A stretch of DNA of 64,000 nucleotides from Takakia lepidozioides (Eukaryota > Plantae > Bryophyta). Location: contig CM060733.1 of NCBI GenBank assembly GCA_030704615.1, forward strand, positions 62,434,001 to 62,498,000. The letters run 5' to 3'. Below the pieces are notes generated by a model that was given only the letters and a program-made list of their open reading frames with translations, was not told the DNA's origin and searched no databases. Made by a program: the position numbers and the translations under genes. The number at the start of each line of letters is the position of its first letter. Within the stretch, counting starts at the first letter, position 1. Of this stretch, positions 25,830 to 36,815 are shown one piece after another.

Positions 25830-26672
25830 CTATGGGCCAGGTTGGGAGTTAGGCGCGCGCATCAAGCAAGTAACTATGACTTGAGGGGAGGAGATTATCG
25901 AAGTGAGGTGCGCGACACTTGGTATCAGAGCTTAGAGTCAGTACGCGATCGTCCTGGGATTGGCCTCATCATGGGGTCGGGCAAGCCAAAGCGAAAGCGG
26001 AACGGCCCAAAAGATGATGATCCTGGTGAGCCCGATGGGGCGACGTGTCACCGAGGCGGCCGTATGAGGAAGCGATGCATGTTTCCGCGCTCAAGAGCGG
26101 GAGGAATCTGAGGAGTCGGAGCCTGAGGAGTCCCTGAGAGCTCCGACCGACCAACAGATGCCTCCCATGCTGGCAGCCTTTTGGGAAGGGTTGTTGGCGC
26201 AATTTGGGCGGGACGTTGAAAGACGTGTTGAAGGCGGCTAATGCACTTCCACTAAGGCAAAGTTTAAGTGAAGCCTAAGGAACCGGGCACCTTCGAGGGC
26301 GTCCGAAATCGGAAGGCACTCAACACCTGGCTCTTGGAGCTAGATCAGTACTTCCGGGCGGCCAAGTTGAGTGACGAGATTCGGGTGGAAGTGGCTCCCA
26401 CCTATTTGAGGGGCTATGCTCAACAATGGTGGCAGAAACGCCTTCACGACCGAGGTCCAAGCCCGGAAACCTTAAACTGGAGTGGGTTCAAGGAATTGAT
26501 GAAGAGGCAGTTTGTGCCTCAACGCGTCCTGGCTCGCCGGGACAAGATGAGGAATTTGAAGCAAACAGATGACATTCGGGGATATGTCCAGGCTTTCAAT
26601 GTGTTGTTGCTCGAATGCGGACATGGCAGAACCATAAATGGTCTTCAACTTTGTGGCGGGACTGGCCTCATG
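25830..26672 (+). mobile_element. Remnant of Gypsy copy C: last 88 bp of the 5' LTR, PBS and 5' gag, interrupted on both sides by same-family insertions
   Basis: LTR end ...GGTGCGCGACA at 25917, PBS 25920-25931, gag (KPKEPGTFEGVRNRKALNTWLLEL) stopping at the TGTCGCGG of the next LTR (26673). Confidence 0.88.
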
Positions 26673-27383
26673 TGTCGCGGCCCTTTGCCTTGAGGGCAGG
26701 GGGTCGGGACACAAGAGGGGCTGCCCCTGTGGTGGGGGCAAGCGATAGGTATGGGGGCTGAAGCACCCTTGAGTGCCCAAGGCACTCAAGGAGGCGGAGG
26801 CGCTCACTAGGTGGAGCCCCGCACACCGGGTTGCGGTGGGGTGGCTCCACAAGGGGTGGTGGTAGCTTAGCGGGACTTAGTGGGGGTGGCATAGGACTCA
26901 CCATGGGGCGGAGACCTCGTGGTGGGAGTCGTGGGGAGTCTTGGGACTCATCACGGTCCATAGGGCCGTGGTGGGTGGGCCAAGACTCACCGCGACTCAT
27001 CACCGGGAGTCGAGGGTTTTCGTGGTGGTTCGCCATAAAATGGCATGGCTGTTGTGAAACCCCCGCGGACAGCTACAGAAGTATATATAGGGAGTAGTAA
27101 CCCCGAGAACGGTGCAAGCCCGTTGGTGACCAAAACTAGTGAGAAGCGAGCGAGCCGGAAAGCGACCAAAGAGTGGGGAGCTGTTCCGGACTGCCAACTA
27201 CCAAAGGGAATTCCACTGGTTCCAAATAGGTGGAGGGTTTTGGGAGAAGGGGGGACCGTTATGTCCCGGTGAGCAGCCGAAGCTCCAAGTTGGCCCGGCG
27301 GCCAGGTTGGGAGTTAGGCGCGCGCATCAAAGCGAGTAACTATGACTTGAGGGGGAGCTTACCGAAGTGAGGTGCGCGACACT

Positions 27384-27395
27384 TGGTATCAGAGC
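27384..27395 (+). promoter_or_regulatory. Primer-binding site complementary to the 3' end of initiator tRNA-Met
   Basis: TGGTATCAGAGC 2 nt after the LTR. The same motif occurs at 25920-25931 (+), 25098-25109 (-) and 59783-59794 (-). Confidence 0.92.
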
Positions 27396-27436
27396 TTAGA
27401 GTTCAGTACGCGATCGTCCTTGGGATTGGCCTCATC

Positions 27437-30400
27437 ATGGGGTCGGGCAAGCCAAAGCGAAAGCGGAACGGCCCAAAAGATGATGATCCTGGTGAGCCCG
27501 ATGGGGGCGACGTGTCACCGAGGCGGCCGTTTGAGGAAGCGATGCATGTTTCCGAAAACGAGGCCGCTCAAGAGCGGGAGGAATCCGAGGAGTCGGAGCC
27601 GAGGAATCCTGAGAGCTCCGACCGACCAACAGATGCCTCCCATGCCGGCAGCCTTTTGGGAAGGGTTGTTGGCGCAATTTGGCGGGACGTTGAAAGACGT
27701 GTTGAAGGCGGCTAATGCCACTTCCACTAAGGCAAAGTTTAAGGTGAAGCCTAAGGAACCCGGCACCTTCGAGGGCGTCCGAAATCGGAAGGCACTCAAC
27801 ACCTGGCTCTTGGAGCTAGAGCAGTACTTCCGGGCGGCCAAGTTGAGTGACGAGGATCGGGTGGAAGTGGCTCCCACCTATTTGAGGGGCTATGCTCAAC
27901 AATGGTGGCAGAAACGCCTTCACGACCGAGGTCCAAGCCCGGAAACCTTGAACTGGAGTGGGTTCAAGGAATTGATGAAGAGACAGTTTGTGCCCCTCAA
28001 CGCGTCCTGGCGCCCGGACAAATGGCAGAACCAGAAATGGTCTTCAACTTTGTGGCGGGACTGGCCCATGGGCCAGGCGGAAGTTGGAGGAGAAGCCACC
28101 TAAGACTTTGAACGAGGCAATTGAGAGGGCTGAATGTTTCTCGGATGTCCCTAAGGGTGAAAGACAAGGCCCGTACGGAGCTGAACCACAAGAAGACCCG
28201 GCGGGAAGGTGACTCCTTCCGACCGGAAAAGAAGTGGGATAGGCCACGCGGCGAAATGGCACGTGGAAATCGAAGGGAGGGCCTTCACAAGTCAAGGCGG
28301 CACCGGTGCTTCGAAAGGAAAAGCGGGTGGAGCGGCTTATGGCGGACAGAAGGCGACCTTTGATGGAGTGTGTTTCAATTGCGGGGAGCCCGGGCACATG
28401 GCCAAGAAGTGCACGAAGCCCCGGCAATTGAACATGACTCGGGCGACCACGGAGCTGTCGGAAGATACCATCAGTCGCTTGGTGGAAGCGGTGGTCGCCA
28501 GGACTTGCAAGGTAGGCAAATTTTCTTGTGAGTTGTATCAGGAAACTGGCGCCTTACGTAAAGGGAGTCAGTTATTGTTCGTGGATGGGATAATATCCGG
28601 AACTAACGTGTTGTTGGTGGACACAGGAGCGTCGCACTCCTTCATGACACCGGCAACGGCACAAAAGCTGGGACTCCCGACAAGTGACGTGGGGGGCCTC
28701 TATTGAGGTGCGTTCTGCCAAAGGAGAACCGCAATTGGCGACAAGGTTGGCGTTTGATGTTCCTCTTCAACTGGGGAGTTGGGAGGGACGTGAGAACTTC
28801 ACCATCTGCGAGATCGATGGAGTGGATCTTTTGGGGATGACCTTTTTGAGCAAATCCGGAGCGGTCATAGATGGCCGCAAGAGAGTAGTCACGCTGCCAT
28901 GTGGGAATGGTGGCGAGGTTTTACGAGTGTCGGAAACGCCCAAATCCGTGGGAGGGCGAATAAACCTTCTGTCAGCAAGGGAGTGGGCCGTGGAGGAGGC
29001 ACACGAGCCCCAGTTTTTGCTTTACATTAGAGAAGTGAAGGGAGAAGGCGATGGGGAGCCGAGCCCAGATTGGATCAAGGGGATTTTGGAGAAATACCAG
29101 GATGTGATGCCGGAGGATTTACCAAGCGGCTTGCCACCGCGAAGAGGAGTTGACCACAAGATTGAGGTGATACCGGGATCGGAACCGCCTGCCAAGGCGC
29201 CCTACCGGTTGAGCCACAGAGAGTTGGTCGAGCTGAAGACTCAGCTCAAGATCTAATGTCAAAGGGGTACATCCGGCCGAGTAAGTCACCTTACGGAGCC
29301 CCGGTGCTATTCGCAGACAAGAAGGATGGGACGTGCGGATGTGTGTCGATTACAGGGCTTGAATAAGGTGACTATCAAAAACCGGTACCCTTTGCCAAGG
29401 ATCGACGACCTTCGATCGGTTGGCAGGAGCGAAGTATTTCAGCCGGATCGACTTGCGCTCCGGCTATCATCAAATTCGGGCGGAAGGAGATGAGGAGAAG
29501 ACCGCGTGCAGGACAAGGTATGGTTCATATGAGTTCTTGGTGATGCCTTTTGGGCTCACCAATGCACCAGCGACCTTTAGCACGCTGATGAACAGCCTTT
29601 TCCAGGAGTGGTTGGATGACTTTGTGATCGTGTACATCGACGACATCTTGGTGTACTCGAAAACAAAGGAGGAGCACCTGGAGCACCTCAAAAGGGTGTT
29701 CCAAAAATTGCGGGAAGGGAAGCTGTATGCCAAAGCTTCAAAGTGCGAATTTGGGGTCACAAAAGTGGAGTTCCTGGGGCATGTGATTACACAGGATGGG
29801 ATCAAATGGATGACAGAAAGGTGAGGGCGATCTTGGACTGGGAGCCTCCGACTTCGGTCCCGGGAGTGCGATCCTTCCTAGGACTCGCCTCCTATTACCG
29901 GAAGTATGTGAGAAATTTCGCCAAGATCGCGGGGGCCGCTGTCAGACCTTCTGTGTAAATCCAAAGTCTGGGCATGGAACACCTTTTGTGGCCAAGCTTT
30001 TGCTGAATTGAAGCAGCGGATGGCGGAAGCTCCAGTCTTGAAAATCCCGGAGTTCGATCGTCCGTTGAGATTCATACAGATGCGTCGGGACTTCGCGATT
30101 GGGGGTGTACTGATGCAAGATGGACGTCCAGTGGCTTACGAAAGTAAGAAACTGAATGAAGTGGAGCGACGGTGGCCGACGCACGAGAAAGAGATGAAGG
30201 CGGTGGTGCACTGTTGAGCTTTGGCGCCACTATGTTGGTTCCAACCCAGTGAAGGTGTTCACGGACAATGTCACGGTGAAGTATTTTGCCACGCAGCCCA
30301 AGTTGTCCCCAAAACAACTTAGGTGGCAAGATACTTTGGCGGTGTTCGACGTGGATATCCAGTACAAACCGGGACGGGACAACGTGGTGGCCGATGCTTT

Positions 30401-31893
30401 AAGTAGAAAGCAGCAGCTTTGTTGGTGTACAAGGGCGAGACGGCGCTCCAAAGGAAGATCCGGAAGGCTTGCCGGAAGGATGAGCTGGCGAAGTCCGTGA
30501 TGCAGGACTTGAGGATGGGGGTTAAATCGCAGTTCCACTTGCAAAATGGACTGCTCCGGTATAAGCAAAAGCGTCTCTACGTGCCGAAGGGAGGGATCAG
30601 AGATAGCCTCTTGAGAGAATGCCATGATAGCCCGCTTGCGGGCCACGGCGGAGCCAAGCGCACTGCGGCACTCTTGAAGAAAGAGTATTTCTGGCCCAAA
30701 CTGAGGGAGGAGGCAGAGGAGTATGTCAAGACATGCACCACATGCCAACAAAACCGGAGCGAGTACAAAAAGCAAGCGGGGCTGTTACAACCCTTGCCGA
30801 TTCCAGAGGGGACTTGGGAAAGCGTCTCGATGGATTTCATGACTGCTATGCCGCTGTCAAAAGGATTCGATGCAATCATGGTGGTGGTGGATAGGTTCAG
30901 TAAAATGGGCCATTTCATCCCCACCAAGGAGACGGCAACGGCGCAGGAGACAGGGCGACTTTACTTCGCCCACGTCTTAAAGCATCATGGAGTCCGAAGG
31001 ATATTGTCTCGGACCGCGATCCAAAGTTTACGAGTAAATTTTGGAGGGCACTTTGGAAGAAGATGGGGACGAGGCTGAAGATGAGCACCGCCTTCCGACC
31101 TACGACCGACGGCCAAACGGAAAGAGTGAATTCCGTAGTGAAGCAGATCTTGCGGAATTACGTGTCGGCAGACCAAACAGACTGGGTGGAACACTTAGAC
31201 GCGGCAGAGTTCTGTTATAATAACACAGAACACTCCGCAACGGGAGTTTCCCTTTCGTATTGGTCTATGGAAAAGCACCTCTGGTGCCGACAAGTTGGGC
31301 CGCCCAGGACGTTGAGGAACCGGCAGTAGCGGCGGTACTGGAAGAACGCGAGCGTTTGTTGAAGCTCGCAAAGTACAACATTGCCAAAGCTAGGAAACGG
31401 TATGAAAGGCAGGCGAATCGGAAGCGGAGGGAAGTGAAGTTTGAGGCAGGCACGGAGGTCTGGTTGAACATCAAGAATTTCCGACTACCTCCGGAAGTGA
31501 GTCCAAAAGTTCGTACCTCCGTATGCGGGACCCTTTCGCATCGAAGGTTATGAATGAGGATGTGTATGAATTGGAGCTGCCGGCAAACAGCAAGGTGCAT
31601 CCAGTATTCCATGTCTCCCTTTTGAAGCCTTACTTCAAAGATGAAGCGCGTCCGAATCGGCATCAAGTGTTGCGTCCGCCACCTATGCTGTTGGATCATG
31701 AAAATGAACCTGAGTACGAGGTGGAGGCATACTTAAGTCGAGGAGGTTCAAGAACGAGAAAACGGAGTATCTCGTCAAATGGAAGGGCTATCATCATGTG
31801 GAGGCATCTTGGGTGCGTGCCTCAGAAATGGGAAACGCATCCGAGGCGGTTGCAGCTTTCGAAGGGCGACCTCAAAAGCGGAAGAAGCGTTGA
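27437..31893 (+). pseudogene. gag-pol polyprotein (Gag, zinc knuckle, protease, RT, RNase H, integrase, chromodomain) broken by frameshifts
   Basis: MGSGKPKRKR start, [32 protein letters not shown], integrase zinc finger ECHDSPLAGH...CTTC, SMDF, TDGQTERVN, VHPVFHVSLLKPY, EYEVE...EYLVKWKGY. Many 1-bp indels, plus a gag deletion of about 80 bp near 28020 at GGACA microhomology. Confidence 0.9.
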
Positions 31894-33592
31894 TGGGGAC
31901 ATCAACCTTGGAGCGTGGGGGAGGAAATGCATGCTTAGCCCGGCTTAGCTAGCTTAGGAATCCGATTGCAAAACTTGTATTGTACAAAAATTTGTTTAAA
32001 GGAAATGGGTTCCAAATGTTGTGCGTCCTATTTGTTTGGAATGGTGATGCATGGTGTGGTTGGCTAGTGTGTAGAATGCATGCTAGCTTACAAAAGTGGG
32101 AGAGGTAAATTGGGTTTGTGTGTTTGCGCAGTGCCGAAATGGGTGACTCCCATCCAAGGGGCAAGGAAACTTGCGCCTTCTTTGGGAGTTCACGTGCTAG
32201 TGCGCACCTGGCGCGTGCGCATACTATAACTGCGCTACCGAGGGGTTGCTTGTAGTGCGGGCTAACGCGGAAGCTACGTGCTTCCGTTCACGTACTATAA
32301 TCGTGTAGCCTCGGGACGAAGTCGTAGTGCGGCTTCGGCGTGTTCCCGTACCTCAGGCCAGCATTCCAAGGCGGACCCAATTGTAGTGATTGGGGCGGCG
32401 GTTGGTTCAAGGTTATCTTCCTAGTCAAAGAGGGTTCAGGTGAACCCTTGCTCAAGGTGATGCCAAAAGCGGCATCATGAGCGGTCGCAAGCAATGTTGT
32501 TGCAGTAAGGCGATTCGATCCTCGGGGAGGATCGTTCCTTGCCTTGAAGTAGGCCAAGAAGAGTGCACTGGGAGGAGCTGAGAGGCTCCACCCTTGGCCG
32601 GGACTTGGAGGAAGTTCCCGAACTAGCTAGTGGAGAGTAGAGTAGAGTCAAGTGTGGGGTTTGGTTCTTTGCCATGGGACGCCATGGTACGGAAACAAAC
32701 TCCTTGATGTGGGACGCCACAACTTGGATGTTCGTTTCTACAAAATGGACAAGTCGATGAGGACATCGACTCCCTGTTGGTAGGGGTGTGTGTCGCGGCC
32801 CTTTGCCTTGAGGGCAGGGGGTCGGACACGAGGGGCTGCCCTGTGGTGGGGCAGTGGCAGCGATAGGTATGGGGGGCTGAAGCACCCTTGAGTGCCCAAG
32901 GCACTCAAGGAGGCGGAGGCGCTCACTAGGTGGAGCCCCGCACACCGGGTTGCGTTGGGGGTGGCTCCACAAGGGGTGGGTGGCTTAGCGGGACTTAGTG
33001 GGGTGGCATAGGACTCACCCTGGGCGGAGACCTCGTGGTGGGAGTCGTGGGGAGTCTTGGGACTCATCACGGTCCATAGGGCCGTGGTGGGTGGGCCAAG
33101 ACTCACGCGACTCATCACCGGGAGTCGAGGGTTTTCGTGGTGGTTCGCCATAAAATGGCATGGTTGTTTGTGAAACCCCCGCGGACAGCTACAGAAGTAT
33201 ATATAGGGAGTAGTAACCCCGAGAACGGTGCAAGCCTGTTGGTGACCAAAAACTAGTGAGTAAGCGAGCGAGCCGGAAAGCGACCAAAGAGTGGGGAGCT
33301 GTTCCGGACTGCCAACTACCAAAGGGAATTCCCGCTGGTTCCAAATCGTTGGAGGGTTCTTTGGGAGATCAAAGGGGGACCGTTATGCCCTGGTGAGCAG
33401 CCGGAGCTCCAAGTTGGCCCTATGGGCCAGGTTGGGAGTTAGGCGCGCGCATCAAGCGAGTAACTATGACTTGAGGGGGGGAGATTACCGAAGTGAGGTG
33501 CGCGACACAATCACTATGGTCACCGGACATAAACTTGTGGAATTAGATGTACCTTTTGCAAGGTTTTAGGGCACTTCGAACCAGACTGTAGG

Positions 33593-34980
33593 TTGAAAAA
33601 GGAACAAGGTGCAAATGCATTACCTTCTAACAATCTGCTTGAGATTATGTGTGACGATGAAGATGCGGAACAGCTGAATCAGTTAATGGCACATCACGAG
33701 ATTAAAGAGATATGTCGACTTCCCAAGGTGCGAACACCGGTGGCGACCCCAAATCTCAAGGGAGGTCCTAATCTACAAGGTGAAGACATGGCTTCATCAC
33801 AGGAAGAAGTGTCAGAGGAACAAACGAGACCCTCGGGGCAATTCCTCTTCCCAAGAAGATCTGAGAAATACCCAGAATCTGAGACAGAAAGATCAAAAAT
33901 ACTGAATCATTTCTACAAAAGACGTATATCCATGTCACCAATGGAGGTCATCATGCACGTGCCAGGAGAGTTCGAAAAACTGAAGAGCCTGGTCAAGGTA
34001 GTGGAGAAGAGCAAAATGGACGCTTTTCCAGCCAACCGAGTTCAACAAGAGGTAAAATTGACACCTGAAACTAGCAACAAGGATATGGAAGCCATCTCTT
34101 ATGCATTCACAGGCAAAGTAAAGGCTTTGCATGCTCTGGTAACCATTGGAAACTTCCAAGTAATGGGCCAGATAGACACAGGGGCAATGATCTCCGTGAT
34201 AGCAGCAACAACAGTAAGGGATTTGGGACTCATGGGTTGTGTGTTAACAGATCGAGACATGTTGTATAGGGTGGCCTCAGGTGCTGTAGAAACAACAATG
34301 GGTGTGCTCGACAATTTGAAGGTCACTGTTGGAAAACTGACTAACAGGATCACTTTCATGGTAGTGGATACTGACACTTACAGTATGTTGCTCGGGTTGG
34401 ACTTCTTGAAGAAGTTCGGGGCAGCAGTTGATACGAAAACAGAAACGTTGAGAATAAGATATGGGCCTGGTCTGAATGTGGCTTACTTCCCACTTCACAC
34501 CATGAACCACCAAAAGCCGACGATTGGCAACTTTCACGAGTTCTGTAAGAACTTGGCTGTAGAGCCATTGACTGAGGACACTCAGATCAAAACAGAGGTT
34601 ATGGCAGTGGAACAGACAGCAGGTGTACACGCCAGCCAAAGCTTATTCACGGCAATGGATGAGGATGGGCTATCTAATTGTGCATCAGACATGAACGACA
34701 GTGAGAATTCACACTCAACTGAGGGCTCTGATGTGAAAGAGGATGATCAAGGCTACAACTCTGACCGAGAGGCAATGGAGGATTACCTCAAGTGCCTGGA
34801 CATATGGGAGGAAGACCTCCAAGACAATGAACACCCAAATCTACTTGATGACCCCAGTTACAGGGAAATGAGGGAAGGTTTTATCAAGGATGCCTACACC
34901 AAGATCTGGAATGGAGGTAACCGTACAAATTCCAACTCGGATGATGAGCTGGAAGATTGGACAAAGGTCACCAACCACTT
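33593..34980 (+). mobile_element. Fragment of an unrelated retroelement: retropepsin-type aspartic protease with acidic downstream region
   Basis: Long open frame containing GQIDTGAMISVI and MLLGLDFLKKFGAAVD. No similarity to the protease of copies A-D beyond these motifs; no RT follows. Confidence 0.7.
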
Positions 34981-36815
34981 TTCGAGTATCCTATGGCTCG
35001 GCTCGTGCCCCTCTGGATGCATCGTCATGCTGCCTCCTGGTCCAACTCCTTTGTTTAAGGTGGTTATCGTCAACCCCTTTCCAACCGTCGTGGCGCTTTG
35101 GTCTCTTGTTTCTTCTCCAATCTCTGGGTCGGCCTCCTGACCGATTATCCCCTCCTTTCCTAGAGCGGCGTCGTGGCCAATCCTTTCCTTGTTGACACGG
35201 GTGGCTTCCCTGCCTGCTCTCTCCTGTCTCCCCTTAGTGGCTTTGTTGCCAATTTCTCCCTCGTAGTTAATTCTCCAGTCGTGGCTAGAGGCGGCTCCGT
35301 GGCCTGCTCCTTGCTCGTTCCCCCAGTCGGTTTCGTAGCCGGTTTCCACTTCGTTGCTTGGTCACTAGAATCAAATTGGGTTATTGACTGCTCTAAAGCG
35401 GGATTTGCTATTCTATCAGCTATCAGCCATCAGTCATCAGCCATCAGTGTGACGTGGATGCGGAAACGGCGGCCACGTGGCAATATAATATTTTTTCTCG
35501 GGCTGCCCATAATTATATGCTTGGATTTGTGAGAAACAATAATGAAAAATGACACGGGATTGTACTGACACGCCACCTTTGGCTGCCGAAGGTGGAGGCT
35601 AAGCGGGAGAACATAAAGGTAAAAACGAAATAAATGGATGTCGAAAAAAAAAAAAAAAAAAAAAAACCAACATGATATATGGACTTCTAACGTGGAAGAA
35701 TTCTGCATGTTTTTGAGCCATTTTAATCTCTAGCTTGGATTATCGTATGCTACGGAAATGCCCAGGGATGCTGGTGAAATATATATATATTTGTTGGACC
35801 TAAGTTGAACGAAGGTGGCTCTTCTGTCCTTGTATAAGGTACTTTTCGCTTTTTGGAATGTGATCTTATATTCAATTTCAAACTCTAAAATTTACTTTTT
35901 TCTGGGCAGGTTCGTTGGGCAGATTGAAATGTTCTTGTTCACCTTCGTTGACCTTCGTCACTGATGGAATTGCGTTGGTAAATGACAGAATAGAAGCTCT
36001 CCTCTAAACCGGATCTGCTCTAGAGATTGGTAGTTTGAGTTTTGGACCATGAATGACGAAATTGGAGTTATATGCAGCAATCTATCTTTCTGCATTACAA
36101 AACACTACAACTACATATTTGCATCACATGGTCTATTTTGTTCAATAGTGGATATGTAAGGCTAGTCATAGTCAATCCCACTTCAGTTTATTCTACGTTT
36201 CTAAAATCTGATGCACCATCAACTATGCTCGTGGTACTCTTTGAAACACATGACAAGTTGTACAAGTTCGAATGGGACTCTTGTTCCAATCTCTTAGGCA
36301 ATGTCTGTTTGTTTATGCAATCTTGTGATAATAGTCTACAGATTGCATGTTGTAGTTACTGGCCCTCAAGTACATGAGAGCTTTCCAATCCTTAAGAGAG
36401 GTTTTGGGCAACTTGCAGCCCTCGTCTTGCCCGTTAGAAGGTGTCCACCATCCCAACGGAAGGCAATAGCCCCTTTCAGAGAGAGAAGTGACACCATAAT
36501 TGAGTCAACTTTTTACAGACTATAGTGAGAAACTAATTCTAACCAAGGGATTGTCATTATACACCATGGGCTGTTAGTTAGTTACCCACTTAGTTTTCTG
36601 TCTGCAAATGTAATAGGTCCTATGGGACAACTCATGTCCGAAAATAATGTCTTCCCTGCATCATCCTTGAACGTGACCAAGAGTTGCACTTTGCCAGGAC
36701 ACATTTGATCGTAGTGCCTGCCCTAATTAGCCTCATTAGCCAAATTAGCCTTCAAAAGTCAAGCTGTCAGGACATAGATCTAACAATACTTATACTGATC
36801 ATACGTGAATGGTTC

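Larger units (their letters stand above)
26673..33507 (+). mobile_element. Ty3/Gypsy chromovirus-type LTR retrotransposon, copy D (probably a D/C chimera)
   Basis: 5' LTR 26673-27381, PBS 27384-27395, gag-pol, PPT GGTAGGGGTGTG 32779-32790, 3' LTR 32791-33507. The flanks TCATG and CAATC do not form a TSD. Confidence 0.93.

Noticed and set aside
27384-27395. tRNA-like sequence
   Set aside because: Only the 12-nt primer-binding site; no tRNA gene.
11268-33507. Numerous antisense and LTR-internal ORFs recurring in every Gypsy copy
   Set aside because: They recur because the DNA is repeated; frames and lengths differ between copies.
34980-35532. C-terminal tail of the 515-aa ORF and overlapping ORFs
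   Set aside because: Composition changes abruptly near 34980; the tail looks like read-through into an unrelated fragment that I could not classify.
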